45,539 bases of DNA from Rikenellaceae bacterium (GTDB lineage Bacteria > Bacteroidota > Bacteroidia > Bacteroidales > Rikenellaceae), in the NCBI GenBank assembly GCA_044433545.1, contig JAWXTO010000001.1, positions 1 through 45,539 on the forward strand. The letters run 5' to 3'. Under the pieces are notes generated by a model. It had not been told where the DNA came from. It ran no database searches and saw nothing but the letters and a program-made list of their open reading frames with translations. A program made the translations under genes and the position numbers. Numbering within the stretch: the first letter of the stretch is position 1; every line of letters starts with the position of its first letter. Positions 29,514-38,448 of the stretch are shown here, piece by piece.

Positions 29514-29583
29514 GAGAGTGACTAACAAGGCGAGTTTTGGGGCTTCGTGAAGGCTCTCAAACTCATTCTTCTTAGTCACTCTC
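29514..29583 (+). repeat. dispersed repeat family B, copy B2: 70-nt near-continuous hairpin with 12-bp perfect terminal inverted repeats
   Basis: GAGAGTGACTAA (29514-29525) pairs with TTAGTCACTCTC (29572-29583). The inner stem is 29532-29543 with 29552-29564. The core is 31/31 identical to 134-164 in inverted orientation. An extra TTAGTCAC lies at 29601-29608. Confidence 0.7.
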
Positions 29584-29614
29584 TGTGTTGAGTGCTCTTA
29601 TTAGTCACCCTCAT

Positions 29615-30052
29615 TTATCGTAACTTTTTAAAGAAATCTTTCATTAATTGAGCACATTCATCCTTTAAAACGCCATTTGTGACCTTTGTTTTTGGATGTA
29701 GAAGTTTAGATGAAATCGTAGAATAACCTCTCTTTTCGTCAGAAGCACCATACACAATTCTGTCTATTTGTGCCCAATAAAGAGCCGCAGCACACATAGG
29801 ACAAGGCTCAACAGTGACATATAAAGTGCACCCTTTTAAATATTTTCCGCCTATTGCGTTTGCTGCAGAAGTTATAGACTGCATTTCTGCGTGAGCTGTT
29901 GGATCACAAAGAGTTTCGGTTAAATTGTGCCCTCTGGCAATCACTGAGCCGTTTCCAACTATGACTGCACCAATAGGAACTTCATCTTTTTTATATGCTA
30001 ATTTAGCCTCTTCGAGAGCTAATTTCATAAATCTTTCATCTATATTTTCCAT
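29615..30052 (-). CDS. tadA: tRNA adenosine(34) deaminase
   Basis: HAEMQ and PCPMCAAA motifs, 145 aa. Confidence 0.93.
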   Translation of the reverse strand: MENIDERFMKLALEEAKLAYKKDEVPIGAVIVGNGSVIARGHNLTETLCDPTAHAEMQSITSAANAIGGKYLKGCTLYVTVEPCPMCAAALYWAQIDRIVYGASDEKRGYSTISSKLLHPKTKVTNGVLKDECAQLMKDFFKKLR

Positions 30053-30114
30053 TGACGATAAAATTTTATACTTTTACACCTCAAAGTTAATAAAAAAAAT
30101 AAGATTTTACGCAT

Positions 30115-31872
30115 ATGTATAGAACTCACTCTTGTGGTGAACTAAGAAGTTCATCTTGTGGACAAACAGTAACTCTTGCTGGTTGGGTACAAAAAGTTAG
30201 AGCCCTAGGAGCTATGACTTTCATTGATATTAGAGACAGATATGGTATTACACAGCTTGTGATTGAAGATTCAGCTTGCGAAGATGTGAAAAAAACAGCA
30301 TCTAGCGTAGGTCGTGAGGCGGTTATCCAAGCAACGGGTACTGTCATTGAACGTTCTTCAAAAAATCCTAAAATTGAAACAGGTGACATCGAAGTTATCG
30401 TGTCAGAATTTAAGGTTTTAAACTATTCTGAGACGCCTCCATTCACTATTGAAGACCATAGCGACGGCGGTGACGAACTTCGTATGAAATATCGCTATTT
30501 AGACCTTCGTAGAAACCCTCTTAAAGAGGCTATGATTTTGCGTCACAAAATGGCTCAAGAAATTCGAAATTATTTAAGTGACCAAAATTTCCTAGAAATT
30601 GAAACTCCTTATTTAATCAAATCTACACCAGAGGGAGCACGTGACTTTATCGTGCCATCACGTATGAACCAAGGTGAATTTTATGCTTTGCCTCAGTCTC
30701 CACAAACTTTCAAACAATTGTTAATGGTGGCTGGTTATGACCGCTATTTCCAAATTGTTCGTTGTTTTAGAGATGAAGATTTGCGTGCTGACCGTCAACC
30801 TGAGTTCACTCAAATCGACTGTGAGATGGCTTTCGTCGAGAGAGACGACATTTTGAACACTTTTGAAGGTCTAGCAAAATCTATGTTCAAAAAACTTAAA
30901 GGCATAGAGTTTGAAGGCGATTTTCAACGTATGGACTTTGCTTATGCGATGGAAAAATATGGTTGTGACAAGCCTGACATTCGTTTTGAAATGCTTATCA
31001 ATGACATCACTGCTGAAGCGCAAGGAAAAGCATTTGAATTGTTCAATTCTAGCGAGTATGTTGGTGGCATCGTATGTAAAGGATGTGCTGATTATACACG
31101 TAAACAACTTGACGAACTTACAAACTTTGTAAAACGTCCTCAAGTTGGAGCTAAAGGCTTAATTTATGTTAAATACAACGCTGACAACACTATAAAATCG
31201 TCTATAGATAAATTCTTCACAGCTGAAGACCTGCAAGTTATCGCAGACAAATGTGGAGCTGTAGCTGGAGACCTTATTCTTATCCTTCCAGGTGAAAAAC
31301 GTAAAGTGTTACCTCAGCTTTGTACACTTCGTCTTGAAATGGGTAGCCGTTTAGGACTACGTGACAACTCTGTTTACGCACCTTTATGGGTTGTTGACTT
31401 CCCTCTTTTAGAGTGGGATGATGAAACTGCTCGTTTCTATGCTATGCACCACCCATTTACATCACCAAAATTAGAGGATATGGAGCTTTTTGCTACTGAT
31501 CCAGGTAAGGTTCGTGCTAATGCTTATGACTTTATCATCAATGGTGTAGAAGTTGGTGGTGGTTCAATACGTATCCACGACTCTAACATTCAAAATCAGA
31601 TGTTTAGTGTCTTAGGGTTCTCGAAAGAAGAAGCTGAAGAACAATTTGGATTCTTACTTAATGCGTTCAAATATGGTGCGCCTCCACACGGTGGTATAGC
31701 GTTCGGATTTGACCGTTGGTGTTCATTGTTTGGTGGCACAGAATCTATTCGTGATTACATTGCGTTCCCAAAAAATAATTCTGGACGTGACATTATGATA
31801 GACTCTCCATCTAAAGTTGCTGAAGCGCAACTTGATGAGCTTAAAATTCAACTAAAAAGCGACGAGGAATAA
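30115..31872 (+). CDS. aspS: aspartate--tRNA ligase
   Basis: OB-fold N-terminus, [16 protein letters not shown], class II motifs, and GGIAFGFDR. Confidence 0.97.
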   Translation: MYRTHSCGELRSSSCGQTVTLAGWVQKVRALGAMTFIDIRDRYGITQLVIEDSACEDVKKTASSVGREAVIQATGTVIERSSKNPKIETGDIEVIVSEFKVLNYSETPPFTIEDHSDGGDELRMKYRYLDLRRNPLKEAMILRHKMAQEIRNYLSDQNFLEIETPYLIKSTPEGARDFIVPSRMNQGEFYALPQSPQTFKQLLMVAGYDRYFQIVRCFRDEDLRADRQPEFTQIDCEMAFVERDDILNTFEGLAKSMFKKLKGIEFEGDFQRMDFAYAMEKYGCDKPDIRFEMLINDITAEAQGKAFELFNSSEYVGGIVCKGCADYTRKQLDELTNFVKRPQVGAKGLIYVKYNADNTIKSSIDKFFTAEDLQVIADKCGAVAGDLILILPGEKRKVLPQLCTLRLEMGSRLGLRDNSVYAPLWVVDFPLLEWDDETARFYAMHHPFTSPKLEDMELFATDPGKVRANAYDFIINGVEVGGGSIRIHDSNIQNQMFSVLGFSKEEAEEQFGFLLNAFKYGAPPHGGIAFGFDRWCSLFGGTESIRDYIAFPKNNSGRDIMIDSPSKVAEAQLDELKIQLKSDEE

Positions 31873-31893
31873 TCTCAGAAGATTTAATATATA

Positions 31894-31947
31894 CTAATAA
31901 ACGTAAAAAGGTGTCCTTTTCGGGGGACACCTTTTTACGTTTATTAG
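31894..31947. terminator. 23-bp perfect palindrome, bidirectional terminator
   Basis: 31894-31916 CTAATAAACGTAAAAAGGTGTCC pairs with 31925-31947 GGACACCTTTTTACGTTTATTAG. Confidence 0.8.
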
Positions 31948-31958
31948 TTACAGCTATC

Positions 31959-33137
31959 TTATTTCAGCTTTCCGAGCATAATAACAGTGTTACCTTCAGG
32001 GTTTAATGTTGAAATGAATGTATCTATACGTTTTGCTGTTTCTGAGCTCATGTTGGCTTTCTCTTCGTCAGAGATGCTTTCTAATCTTTCTAACAAAAGC
32101 ATAGGATCGTCAAACCCGATGACGCAATAATCTTCACGGAAGAATAGTTTTTTCTTTTTAGTATACAGATAATCATCAAATAGCTTAAAGTAGCCACCAG
32201 TTAGCGTTTCTTTATCCACAATTACACCATCGTCTAACATGTTCATGTGGAAAGCTATACCACCATTTTGGTTAGTTTCCATTCTGATTAACACAATGCT
32301 AGAGATATAATAGCTAGGTGATTCTATATAGGTTCTAGCATAGCAAGTTCCGTTGTAGCCCTCTAATTCTGGCAGGTGATTTATGTTTAATGCAAATGCA
32401 GGTTTTAGAATATTTTCGTTGTTGTCGAATTTGAATAGTGTGTCAGGTTTGTTTTCTAAGTTGGATACACTTATGGTCATATTCCCAATATTGCTATTTT
32501 TTATTATTTGTGCATTGCCTATAGTTTCGTCTTTATAAACATCAATATCCGCAATTTCGTTGCCTTCAAAGTCCTGCTTCCACATAGCTATCTCTTTACT
32601 TTGAGCTATTATTGTAATGATGTTTGCTTTTTTGTTAATGTCAAACTTTATAGTCATAAATGATTCTTCGTTTTTCGCTAACGGTAGTGAGCCTAACATT
32701 TTCCCTTCAAAATCATACTTGTTTATTGAGCCTTTAGCTGCAAGATAGATGATTTTGTCTTGCTCATCTATAAAGCAATCATCAGTATATCTGTATTCCC
32801 CATTTCCATTACCAACTCCACCAATGTTACATATAAATTTGCCTGTTTTTCGGTCAAACATTTTTAGTAAACTCTTAGGACTTGAGAAAATGATGTAATT
32901 GTCTGATATGTAAGGAGACATTTCTAGTGACACATAATTTGCAATTGCTGAGTCAAGTTGTATTAGCTCTATGTTCTCAATAAAATCAGTTAATTTGATT
33001 TCTAAAGTGTCTTTAAAGCTTTTTGTGTTAGCTATAATTAGACCATTTTCTTCTGTAGCTACTACTTCGCCAATTTTTTGACTTTGACATGAGAGTAGTA
33101 ACAATAGGCTTAAAACTAATAGGGCATTTTTCTTCAT
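31959..33137 (-). CDS. lipoprotein, probably of the 6-bladed beta-propeller type common in Bacteroidales
   Basis: Lipobox LLSC and a repetitive beta-strand-rich sequence. The family assignment is tentative. Confidence 0.75.
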   Translation of the reverse strand: MKKNALLVLSLLLLLSCQSQKIGEVVATEENGLIIANTKSFKDTLEIKLTDFIENIELIQLDSAIANYVSLEMSPYISDNYIIFSSPKSLLKMFDRKTGKFICNIGGVGNGNGEYRYTDDCFIDEQDKIIYLAAKGSINKYDFEGKMLGSLPLAKNEESFMTIKFDINKKANIITIIAQSKEIAMWKQDFEGNEIADIDVYKDETIGNAQIIKNSNIGNMTISVSNLENKPDTLFKFDNNENILKPAFALNINHLPELEGYNGTCYARTYIESPSYYISSIVLIRMETNQNGGIAFHMNMLDDGVIVDKETLTGGYFKLFDDYLYTKKKKLFFREDYCVIGFDDPMLLLERLESISDEEKANMSSETAKRIDTFISTLNPEGNTVIMLGKLK

Positions 33138-33308
33138 TTTTCGGACTTTTAATTTAATTGACTAATAACTAAATTTGTTAGTTTACAAATATAATTATAT
33201 TTTCTTAAAAAAAAATATAATTAGCATTATTTTTTAAGAATAGGGTGGAAATTACAAGAAATGAGGTTTTTAATAGTTGTAGTATTTGTTTTTATGAATT
33301 GTTTTCGA

Positions 33309-33316
33309 TACATTTG
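33309..33316 (+). promoter_or_regulatory. candidate promoter (-7 TACATTTG, with TTTG at 33286-33289 after a 19-nt spacer)
   Basis: Both Bacteroidota promoter elements are present. The box lies inside the ORF-track extension, which argues for the downstream ATG. Confidence 0.45.
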
Positions 33317-33416
33317 CAATAAGTTTATTTTGTCTTTAGAAATCTTTAGCATTTTGGTTTCTAAATTCGGATTAGATGAAACCATACCTTATTTCCCCAC
33401 TTTTTTAAATTTTATT

Positions 33417-33821
33417 ATGAAGAAATTATTATCGTTATTTTCAATTTTGTGTGTGTTTATGTCAGTTGTTGCATGTTCGTCACAATCAACACCAGAAGCT
33501 GTAACTGAACAGTATGCAAAAAACTTAAAAGCTAGTGACTATGATGCAATAGTTAAACAGTTTTATTTTGATCAAAGTTCACCAGAAAAAGCAGCAAAAA
33601 GCGAAGAACAGATGAAAGCTATTATGCTTGAAAAAGTTAAACCAGAGATGGATAAAGTCGGTGGAGTAGATTCTTACGAAATCGGTGAAGCTGTGATTAG
33701 CAAGGATGGAGACAGTGCTAAAGTTCCTTTAAATATGGTTTATGGTAATGGCAAAACTTTTAATAGAAATACAGAATTAATAAAAGTTGGCGAGAAATGG
33801 TATTTGTCTTCAGGAAGATAA
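33417..33821 (+). CDS. small lipoprotein (DUF4878-like, tentative)
   Basis: The internal ATG at 33417 gives MKKLLSLFSILCVFMSVVACSS, a signal peptide plus lipobox. The ORF-track start at 33261 is rejected. Confidence 0.75.
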   Translation: MKKLLSLFSILCVFMSVVACSSQSTPEAVTEQYAKNLKASDYDAIVKQFYFDQSSPEKAAKSEEQMKAIMLEKVKPEMDKVGGVDSYEIGEAVISKDGDSAKVPLNMVYGNGKTFNRNTELIKVGEKWYLSSGR

Positions 33822-34423
33822 TATTTTTACTAGTATTCCTCGTGTTTGCAATATCATGTAACACCTCTATACATCAAAAACAAATAGAAAAACGTAATAT
33901 CCCTGTTGAATTATGCAACGGGGATATTGTGTTTAGACGAGGTATAGGAGTTGCTAGCCAGGCAGTGCTTTTTGCAAACAGTCAAGGCACATTCTCCCAT
34001 GTCGGAGTTGCAGTAAACATTGATGACAAATGGAATGTGCTTCATGAAGTGCCTTATGAGGGAGAAAATCAAGATGATGACAAGATACATTGTGAGCCTA
34101 TTGAAGATTTTTTTAATACTGACAAGGCGAGTTGCGGGGCAGTGTATAGGCTTAAAGGTATCGACACGCTAAAACAACAGATTATTAAAGAATATCTAAA
34201 ATATAAGTTAGCTTGTGATGTCCCTTTTGATCATGAATATGATTTGGATGATAGCACTAAACTCTATTGTACAGAGCTAGTGTGGCGTAGCTACTTAGAG
34301 GCAGGCGTCGACATAACTAAAGGTAGCCGCACAGAAATTTTTTTGTTAATTTTTAACGGAATGCAGATTCTACCATGCGATATAGAGTCGAATGAAGACT
34401 TAGAACTAATTTATATGTTTTGA
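33797..34423 (+). CDS. YiiX-like permuted papain/NlpC-P60 superfamily lipoprotein
   Basis: Lipobox AISC, GDIVFRRG...FSHVGV, and LYCTELVWRSY. Overlaps the previous gene by 25 nt. Confidence 0.8.
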   Translation: MVFVFRKIIFLLVFLVFAISCNTSIHQKQIEKRNIPVELCNGDIVFRRGIGVASQAVLFANSQGTFSHVGVAVNIDDKWNVLHEVPYEGENQDDDKIHCEPIEDFFNTDKASCGAVYRLKGIDTLKQQIIKEYLKYKLACDVPFDHEYDLDDSTKLYCTELVWRSYLEAGVDITKGSRTEIFLLIFNGMQILPCDIESNEDLELIYMF

Positions 34424-34424
34424 T

Positions 34425-34461
34425 AGGGGAGTCCACAAAATGAAGTTTTGTGAATTTCCCT
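34425..34461. repeat. dispersed palindromic repeat family A, copy A1
   Basis: AGGGGAGTCCACAAAA-TGAA-GTTTTGTGAATTTCCCT. It starts 2 nt after the YiiX-like stop and overlaps the stop codon of the convergent GT2 gene. Confidence 0.6.
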
Positions 34462-35227
34462 ATATTTTTTTACGAATGGCAAATCTGTTTTTTCTGTATT
34501 TAGGCTTTAAGGCGTCAAAAGCGAACATAATGTGTGAGATTATGGTCTGGAAATGCCCAAAATATTGTGTCATGATGCGGAAACGTTCTTTGAGGCTTTC
34601 TTTTCTGTTGATTGAGCTAACTCCGCCTTCACGAAATATAGAAACTATCTGATTTGTGTTGTAAATGTTTTTTGACCTTTTTAGAGACTCTAGTACCCAC
34701 AACACATCTGCTGCATATTTATACGAAAGGTCGTATTTTGGTGCTATAGATTTTTTGACGATTATAGATTGGTGACAAACGACCATCCCTTTCTTGAAGC
34801 TTTGCCATTTTAGCTTTCTTGGTAGCCTTTTTTTACGTAAACCTAGTGGTTTGTTGTCCTCAGAAATTATTAAAGTTTCTCCATAATAAATGTCAGCATA
34901 TATTTCTTGAACATCAAATGTATTTATCAGAAAATCGACTGAATAAACTAAATCTCCTGCGTTTACAAACCAAACATATTCGCCTGTTGCTAGATTTAGC
35001 CCCTTGTTCATTGCGTCATAGATGCCATTGTCTGGTTCGCTAACAAAACAAGTAATATCTAGTGCATATTCTGCGATAACGTCTTTTGTGCCATCTGTAG
35101 AGTCACCATCAATAACGATAATTTCCTTTTCAGGATATTTAATGTTTTTTAAGTTCTCTAAAGTTGATTTAAGTTCGTCTTTTGCGTTGTAAACTACTGT
35201 TATTATTGAGATTTTCGGTCGTATCAT
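34460..35227 (-). CDS. family 2 glycosyltransferase
   Basis: ISIITVVYNA and DGDSTDGT motifs. Confidence 0.9.
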   Translation of the reverse strand: MIRPKISIITVVYNAKDELKSTLENLKNIKYPEKEIIVIDGDSTDGTKDVIAEYALDITCFVSEPDNGIYDAMNKGLNLATGEYVWFVNAGDLVYSVDFLINTFDVQEIYADIYYGETLIISEDNKPLGLRKKRLPRKLKWQSFKKGMVVCHQSIIVKKSIAPKYDLSYKYAADVLWVLESLKRSKNIYNTNQIVSIFREGGVSSINRKESLKERFRIMTQYFGHFQTIISHIMFAFDALKPKYRKNRFAIRKKI

Positions 35228-35238
35228 ATTAAAAAAAA

Positions 35239-35730
35239 CTATCTTTCATAATTTATAAAAAGGTACGGTAATTCTTCATCTAGATGAGGCTCACAAAAAG
35301 TTTCTTTCCAATTTGAAAAATCAATTTCAGGAATAAAAGCATCGGCATCATAGTTTTTCATAACTTTTGTTAGGTATATTTTTGATGCTATATCAATCGT
35401 TTGCTTATAAATTTCGGCACCTCCTATAATAAACACTTCTTCTTCGTTTTTTGTTGACTCTAAAGCGGAATCTATCGTGTTATAGACCTCACAACCCTCA
35501 ATTTTTAGCTCAGAATTTCGTGAAATGATAACGTTACGGCGATTTGGCAGCGGTCTCCCTATAGATTCATAGGTTTTGCGCCCCATAATGATAGTATGTG
35601 ATGTTGTAAGAGCCTTAAATCGCTTTAAGTCTGCCGATATGTGCCATAAAAGTTCATTGTTGAGACCTATAGCCCAATTTTCAGCTGTTGCTACTATGAT
35701 TGATATGTTATTATTGCTCATTTTTGTCAT
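35239..35730 (-). CDS. folA: dihydrofolate reductase
   Basis: IVATAENWAIG, LLWH and IMGRKTYESIG motifs. Immediately downstream of thyA. Confidence 0.93.
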   Translation of the reverse strand: MTKMSNNNISIIVATAENWAIGLNNELLWHISADLKRFKALTTSHTIIMGRKTYESIGRPLPNRRNVIISRNSELKIEGCEVYNTIDSALESTKNEEEVFIIGGAEIYKQTIDIASKIYLTKVMKNYDADAFIPEIDFSNWKETFCEPHLDEELPYLFINYER

Positions 35731-35745
35731 TTTGTTTCTTGAAAA

Positions 35746-36540
35746 TTATACTGCTATTGGTGCTTTAATTGTAGGATATGGATCATAGTCTACAAGTTTA
35801 AAATCACTGAAATCAAAGCTAAATATGTCTTTTATGTCTTTGTTTATTAACATTTTTGGCTGTGGACGAGGTGTGCGGCTTAACTGTTCATTAACTTGGC
35901 CTAAGTGATTCAAGTAAATGTGTGCATCGCCTAAAGTGTGTACAAATTCGCCTACTTCGAGGCCTGTCACTTGAGCTACCATCATAGTCAAAAGTGCATA
36001 AGATGCGATATTAAAAGGGACTCCTAAGAAAACATCTGCACTGCGTTGATAAAGTTGACATGAAAGCCTGCCATTAGCTACATAAAACTGAAACATAGTG
36101 TGACATGGAGGTAAAGCCATTTTTTCAACTTCACAAACATTCCATGCTGAGACTATTAGACGACGAGAATCAGGGTTTTTCTTTATCATTTCAACAATTT
36201 GAGTGATTTGGTCGAATGTTTCGCCATTTGCACCCAGCCAACTACGCCATTGATGACCATAAACAGGCCCTAAATCACCGTTTTCGTCTGCCCATTCATC
36301 CCAAATAGTCACCTTGTTGTCATTCAGGTATTTAATGTTTGTATCTCCATTTAGAAACCACAAAAGTTCATATATTATAGAACGTAAATGTAGCTTTTTT
36401 GTTGTAAGTAACGGGAAATTTTGAGATAAGTCAAAGCGCATTTGATATCCAAAAACACTTATTGTTCCTGTGCCTGTTCTATCTTCTTTTTTTGTTCCGT
36501 TCTCAACAATGTGACGTAATAGCTTATGATATTGTTCCAT
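35746..36540 (-). CDS. thyA: thymidylate synthase
   Basis: [12 protein letters not shown] active-site Cys, 264 aa. Confidence 0.97.
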   Translation of the reverse strand: MEQYHKLLRHIVENGTKKEDRTGTGTISVFGYQMRFDLSQNFPLLTTKKLHLRSIIYELLWFLNGDTNIKYLNDNKVTIWDEWADENGDLGPVYGHQWRSWLGANGETFDQITQIVEMIKKNPDSRRLIVSAWNVCEVEKMALPPCHTMFQFYVANGRLSCQLYQRSADVFLGVPFNIASYALLTMMVAQVTGLEVGEFVHTLGDAHIYLNHLGQVNEQLSRTPRPQPKMLINKDIKDIFSFDFSDFKLVDYDPYPTIKAPIAV

Positions 36541-36773
36541 TTTCTTATTATAATATATTAAAAATAATTGTGAAGGTAAGTTATTTAAAATGAGAGATGT
36601 ATGTAGGTGTTTAAAGTTCTGATATAAGCATATATCTTACCATTTTACTTTACAAAAATAATAAAATTAAAATGGATATAAATTTATACGAGATATTTTT
36701 TTATCTTTATGGCAAATAATTAAATTTTTTGATAACAAATTCGTGTTTAAATATAATAAATAATTACATATTT

Positions 36774-37724
36774 ATGATTTCTAAGATAAAAGAACAATTA
36801 AACATTATAGATCTTATTATAGACTCTGTAGAGGAAAGTGGTGGCTTCACAAATTTAGACAAAAAAGCGACATTAGATGCTGTTCGTAACATCTATGACA
36901 TTGTATTAACTGCTCCAGCGGTAAGTCCTGTGGCAACTGAAACAAAACCAGACATTGAGGTGTCTGTTTATGGAGTGCCTGACCTTGAAAATGTTGAAAT
37001 TGAGCTTGAAAAATATGAGTCAAATCACTTAAATGACGATTGCGCTTTTGAAATTGAAAAAACGCTTCATGAAGACGACCTTGAAGAAGAACTTGGTGAC
37101 GAGTTTGAAGATGATGCAAATGAGGAGGACATTACAGTAGAAGAAATTTACCTAAATGATGAGGGTGAAATTTCTGAAGAAAAAATGGTAATTAATTTTG
37201 ACGAAGATGCTGAACCAGAAAACGAATCTTTAGAGACTGAGGAAGTTTTTGAAGAAGATGTTCAGAGTGAAGACGATTTTGAAGAAGATATGCAAGTTGA
37301 AAGTTTAGAAGAAGATGACGAGCAAGATGAAGAGCCTTCTGAGGAAGTAGTTTATGAAAATGAAATTGAGAAAGAAGAAAGCGTGAAATTTGTGATTGGC
37401 GAAATAATGGATGATGGTGAGTCTTGTGATGATACAGAGTCTGATACAGATGAAGTTTTTTCGTCACCAAGTGAGGATGCAATAGTTTTTGCAAACGATG
37501 ATGAGTTGATGTGTGAAGATGCAGACTTGGTGTTTACAGAAGACGAAAAAAATCTAATTATAAATGAATTGTTCGAGGGAAATGCTTCAAATTTTGGAGA
37601 TTTCGTTGTGATAATATCTCAATTTACTGATTTTGATGAAGCTATTCTTTATTTGCAAGATTCATTTAACAATGAGCATTCATTAGGAATAGTTGCTGAG
37701 AAATTAGCAGCAAAATTAATGTAA
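36774..37724 (+). CDS. highly acidic (D/E-rich) hypothetical protein
   Basis: The ATG at 36774 is preferred over the TTG at 36729. The central ~200 aa are dominated by E/D, with structured-looking N- and C-terminal ends. Confidence 0.65.
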   Translation: MISKIKEQLNIIDLIIDSVEESGGFTNLDKKATLDAVRNIYDIVLTAPAVSPVATETKPDIEVSVYGVPDLENVEIELEKYESNHLNDDCAFEIEKTLHEDDLEEELGDEFEDDANEEDITVEEIYLNDEGEISEEKMVINFDEDAEPENESLETEEVFEEDVQSEDDFEEDMQVESLEEDDEQDEEPSEEVVYENEIEKEESVKFVIGEIMDDGESCDDTESDTDEVFSSPSEDAIVFANDDELMCEDADLVFTEDEKNLIINELFEGNASNFGDFVVIISQFTDFDEAILYLQDSFNNEHSLGIVAEKLAAKLM

Positions 37725-37728
37725 TAAA

Positions 37729-38448
37729 ATGGCTAAATTATATATTGTTCCAACGCCTATTGGGAATCTTGAAGACATAACACTTAGAGCGTTGCGAATA
37801 TTGAAAGAAGTTGATTTAATTGTCGCTGAAGACACACGAACAAGTTCAGTTTTGTTAAATCATTATGAGATAAAGAAGCCTTTGATGCCTTACCATAAGT
37901 TTAATGAGCATAATGTTGTTGAAACGATTACTCAACGCATTGCTAGTGGACAAGATGTGGCGTTGGTTTCAGATGCGGGAACTCCAGGCATCTCAGATCC
38001 AGGTTTTTTGTTGGTTCGTGCATGTTTAGACAAGGAAATAGACGTAGAAACTTTGCCAGGAGCAACAGCATTTGTTCCTGCGCTGCTAAATAGTGGGTTT
38101 CCGTGTGACAAATTCTGCTTTGAGGGGTTTTTACCTCACAAAAAAGGCAAACAAACGATGCTTACGGCACTAAGTGAAGAGAAAAGAACGATAATTTTAT
38201 ATGAATCGCCACATAGAATTATCAAAACTCTTGAAATGATAAAAGAAATTTTTGTTCACAATCCTTTAATATCGGCAAGTAGAGAATTGACAAAGAAATT
38301 TGAGACTACCGTAAGGGGGACTGCTGAAGAATTGATAGAATATTTTACGAACAAGCCACCAAAAGGTGAGTTTGTAGTTGTGATTGAAGGAAATAAAACA
38401 AAAGCGACTAAAGATGGAAAAAAAAGATCCTATAAGACAGAAGATTAA
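37729..38448 (+). CDS. rsmI: 16S rRNA (cytidine1402-2'-O)-methyltransferase
   Basis: LYIVPTPIGN and DAGTPGISDPG motifs. Confidence 0.93.
   Translation: MAKLYIVPTPIGNLEDITLRALRILKEVDLIVAEDTRTSSVLLNHYEIKKPLMPYHKFNEHNVVETITQRIASGQDVALVSDAGTPGISDPGFLLVRACLDKEIDVETLPGATAFVPALLNSGFPCDKFCFEGFLPHKKGKQTMLTALSEEKRTIILYESPHRIIKTLEMIKEIFVHNPLISASRELTKKFETTVRGTAEELIEYFTNKPPKGEFVVVIEGNKTKATKDGKKRSYKTED

Noticed and set aside
33261-33416. ORF-track N-terminal extension of the small lipoprotein gene
   Set aside because: The extension contains the candidate promoter (-33 TTTG and -7 TACATTTG at 33286-33316). The internal ATG at 33417 gives a clean signal peptide plus lipobox.
34122-34140. 12-nt identity (ACAAGGCGAGTT, then GGGGC) to the family B repeat, inside the YiiX-like CDS
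   Set aside because: The match is short, lies in frame within a well-supported coding region (DKASCGAV), and lacks the rest of the element. It is probably chance.
36847-37494. Two long antisense ORFs (36847-37119 and 37192-37494, minus strand) inside the acidic protein gene
   Set aside because: Their products are low-complexity L/H/Q/F strings. Reading GAA/GAT-rich codons in reverse produces exactly this. There are no start context or motifs.
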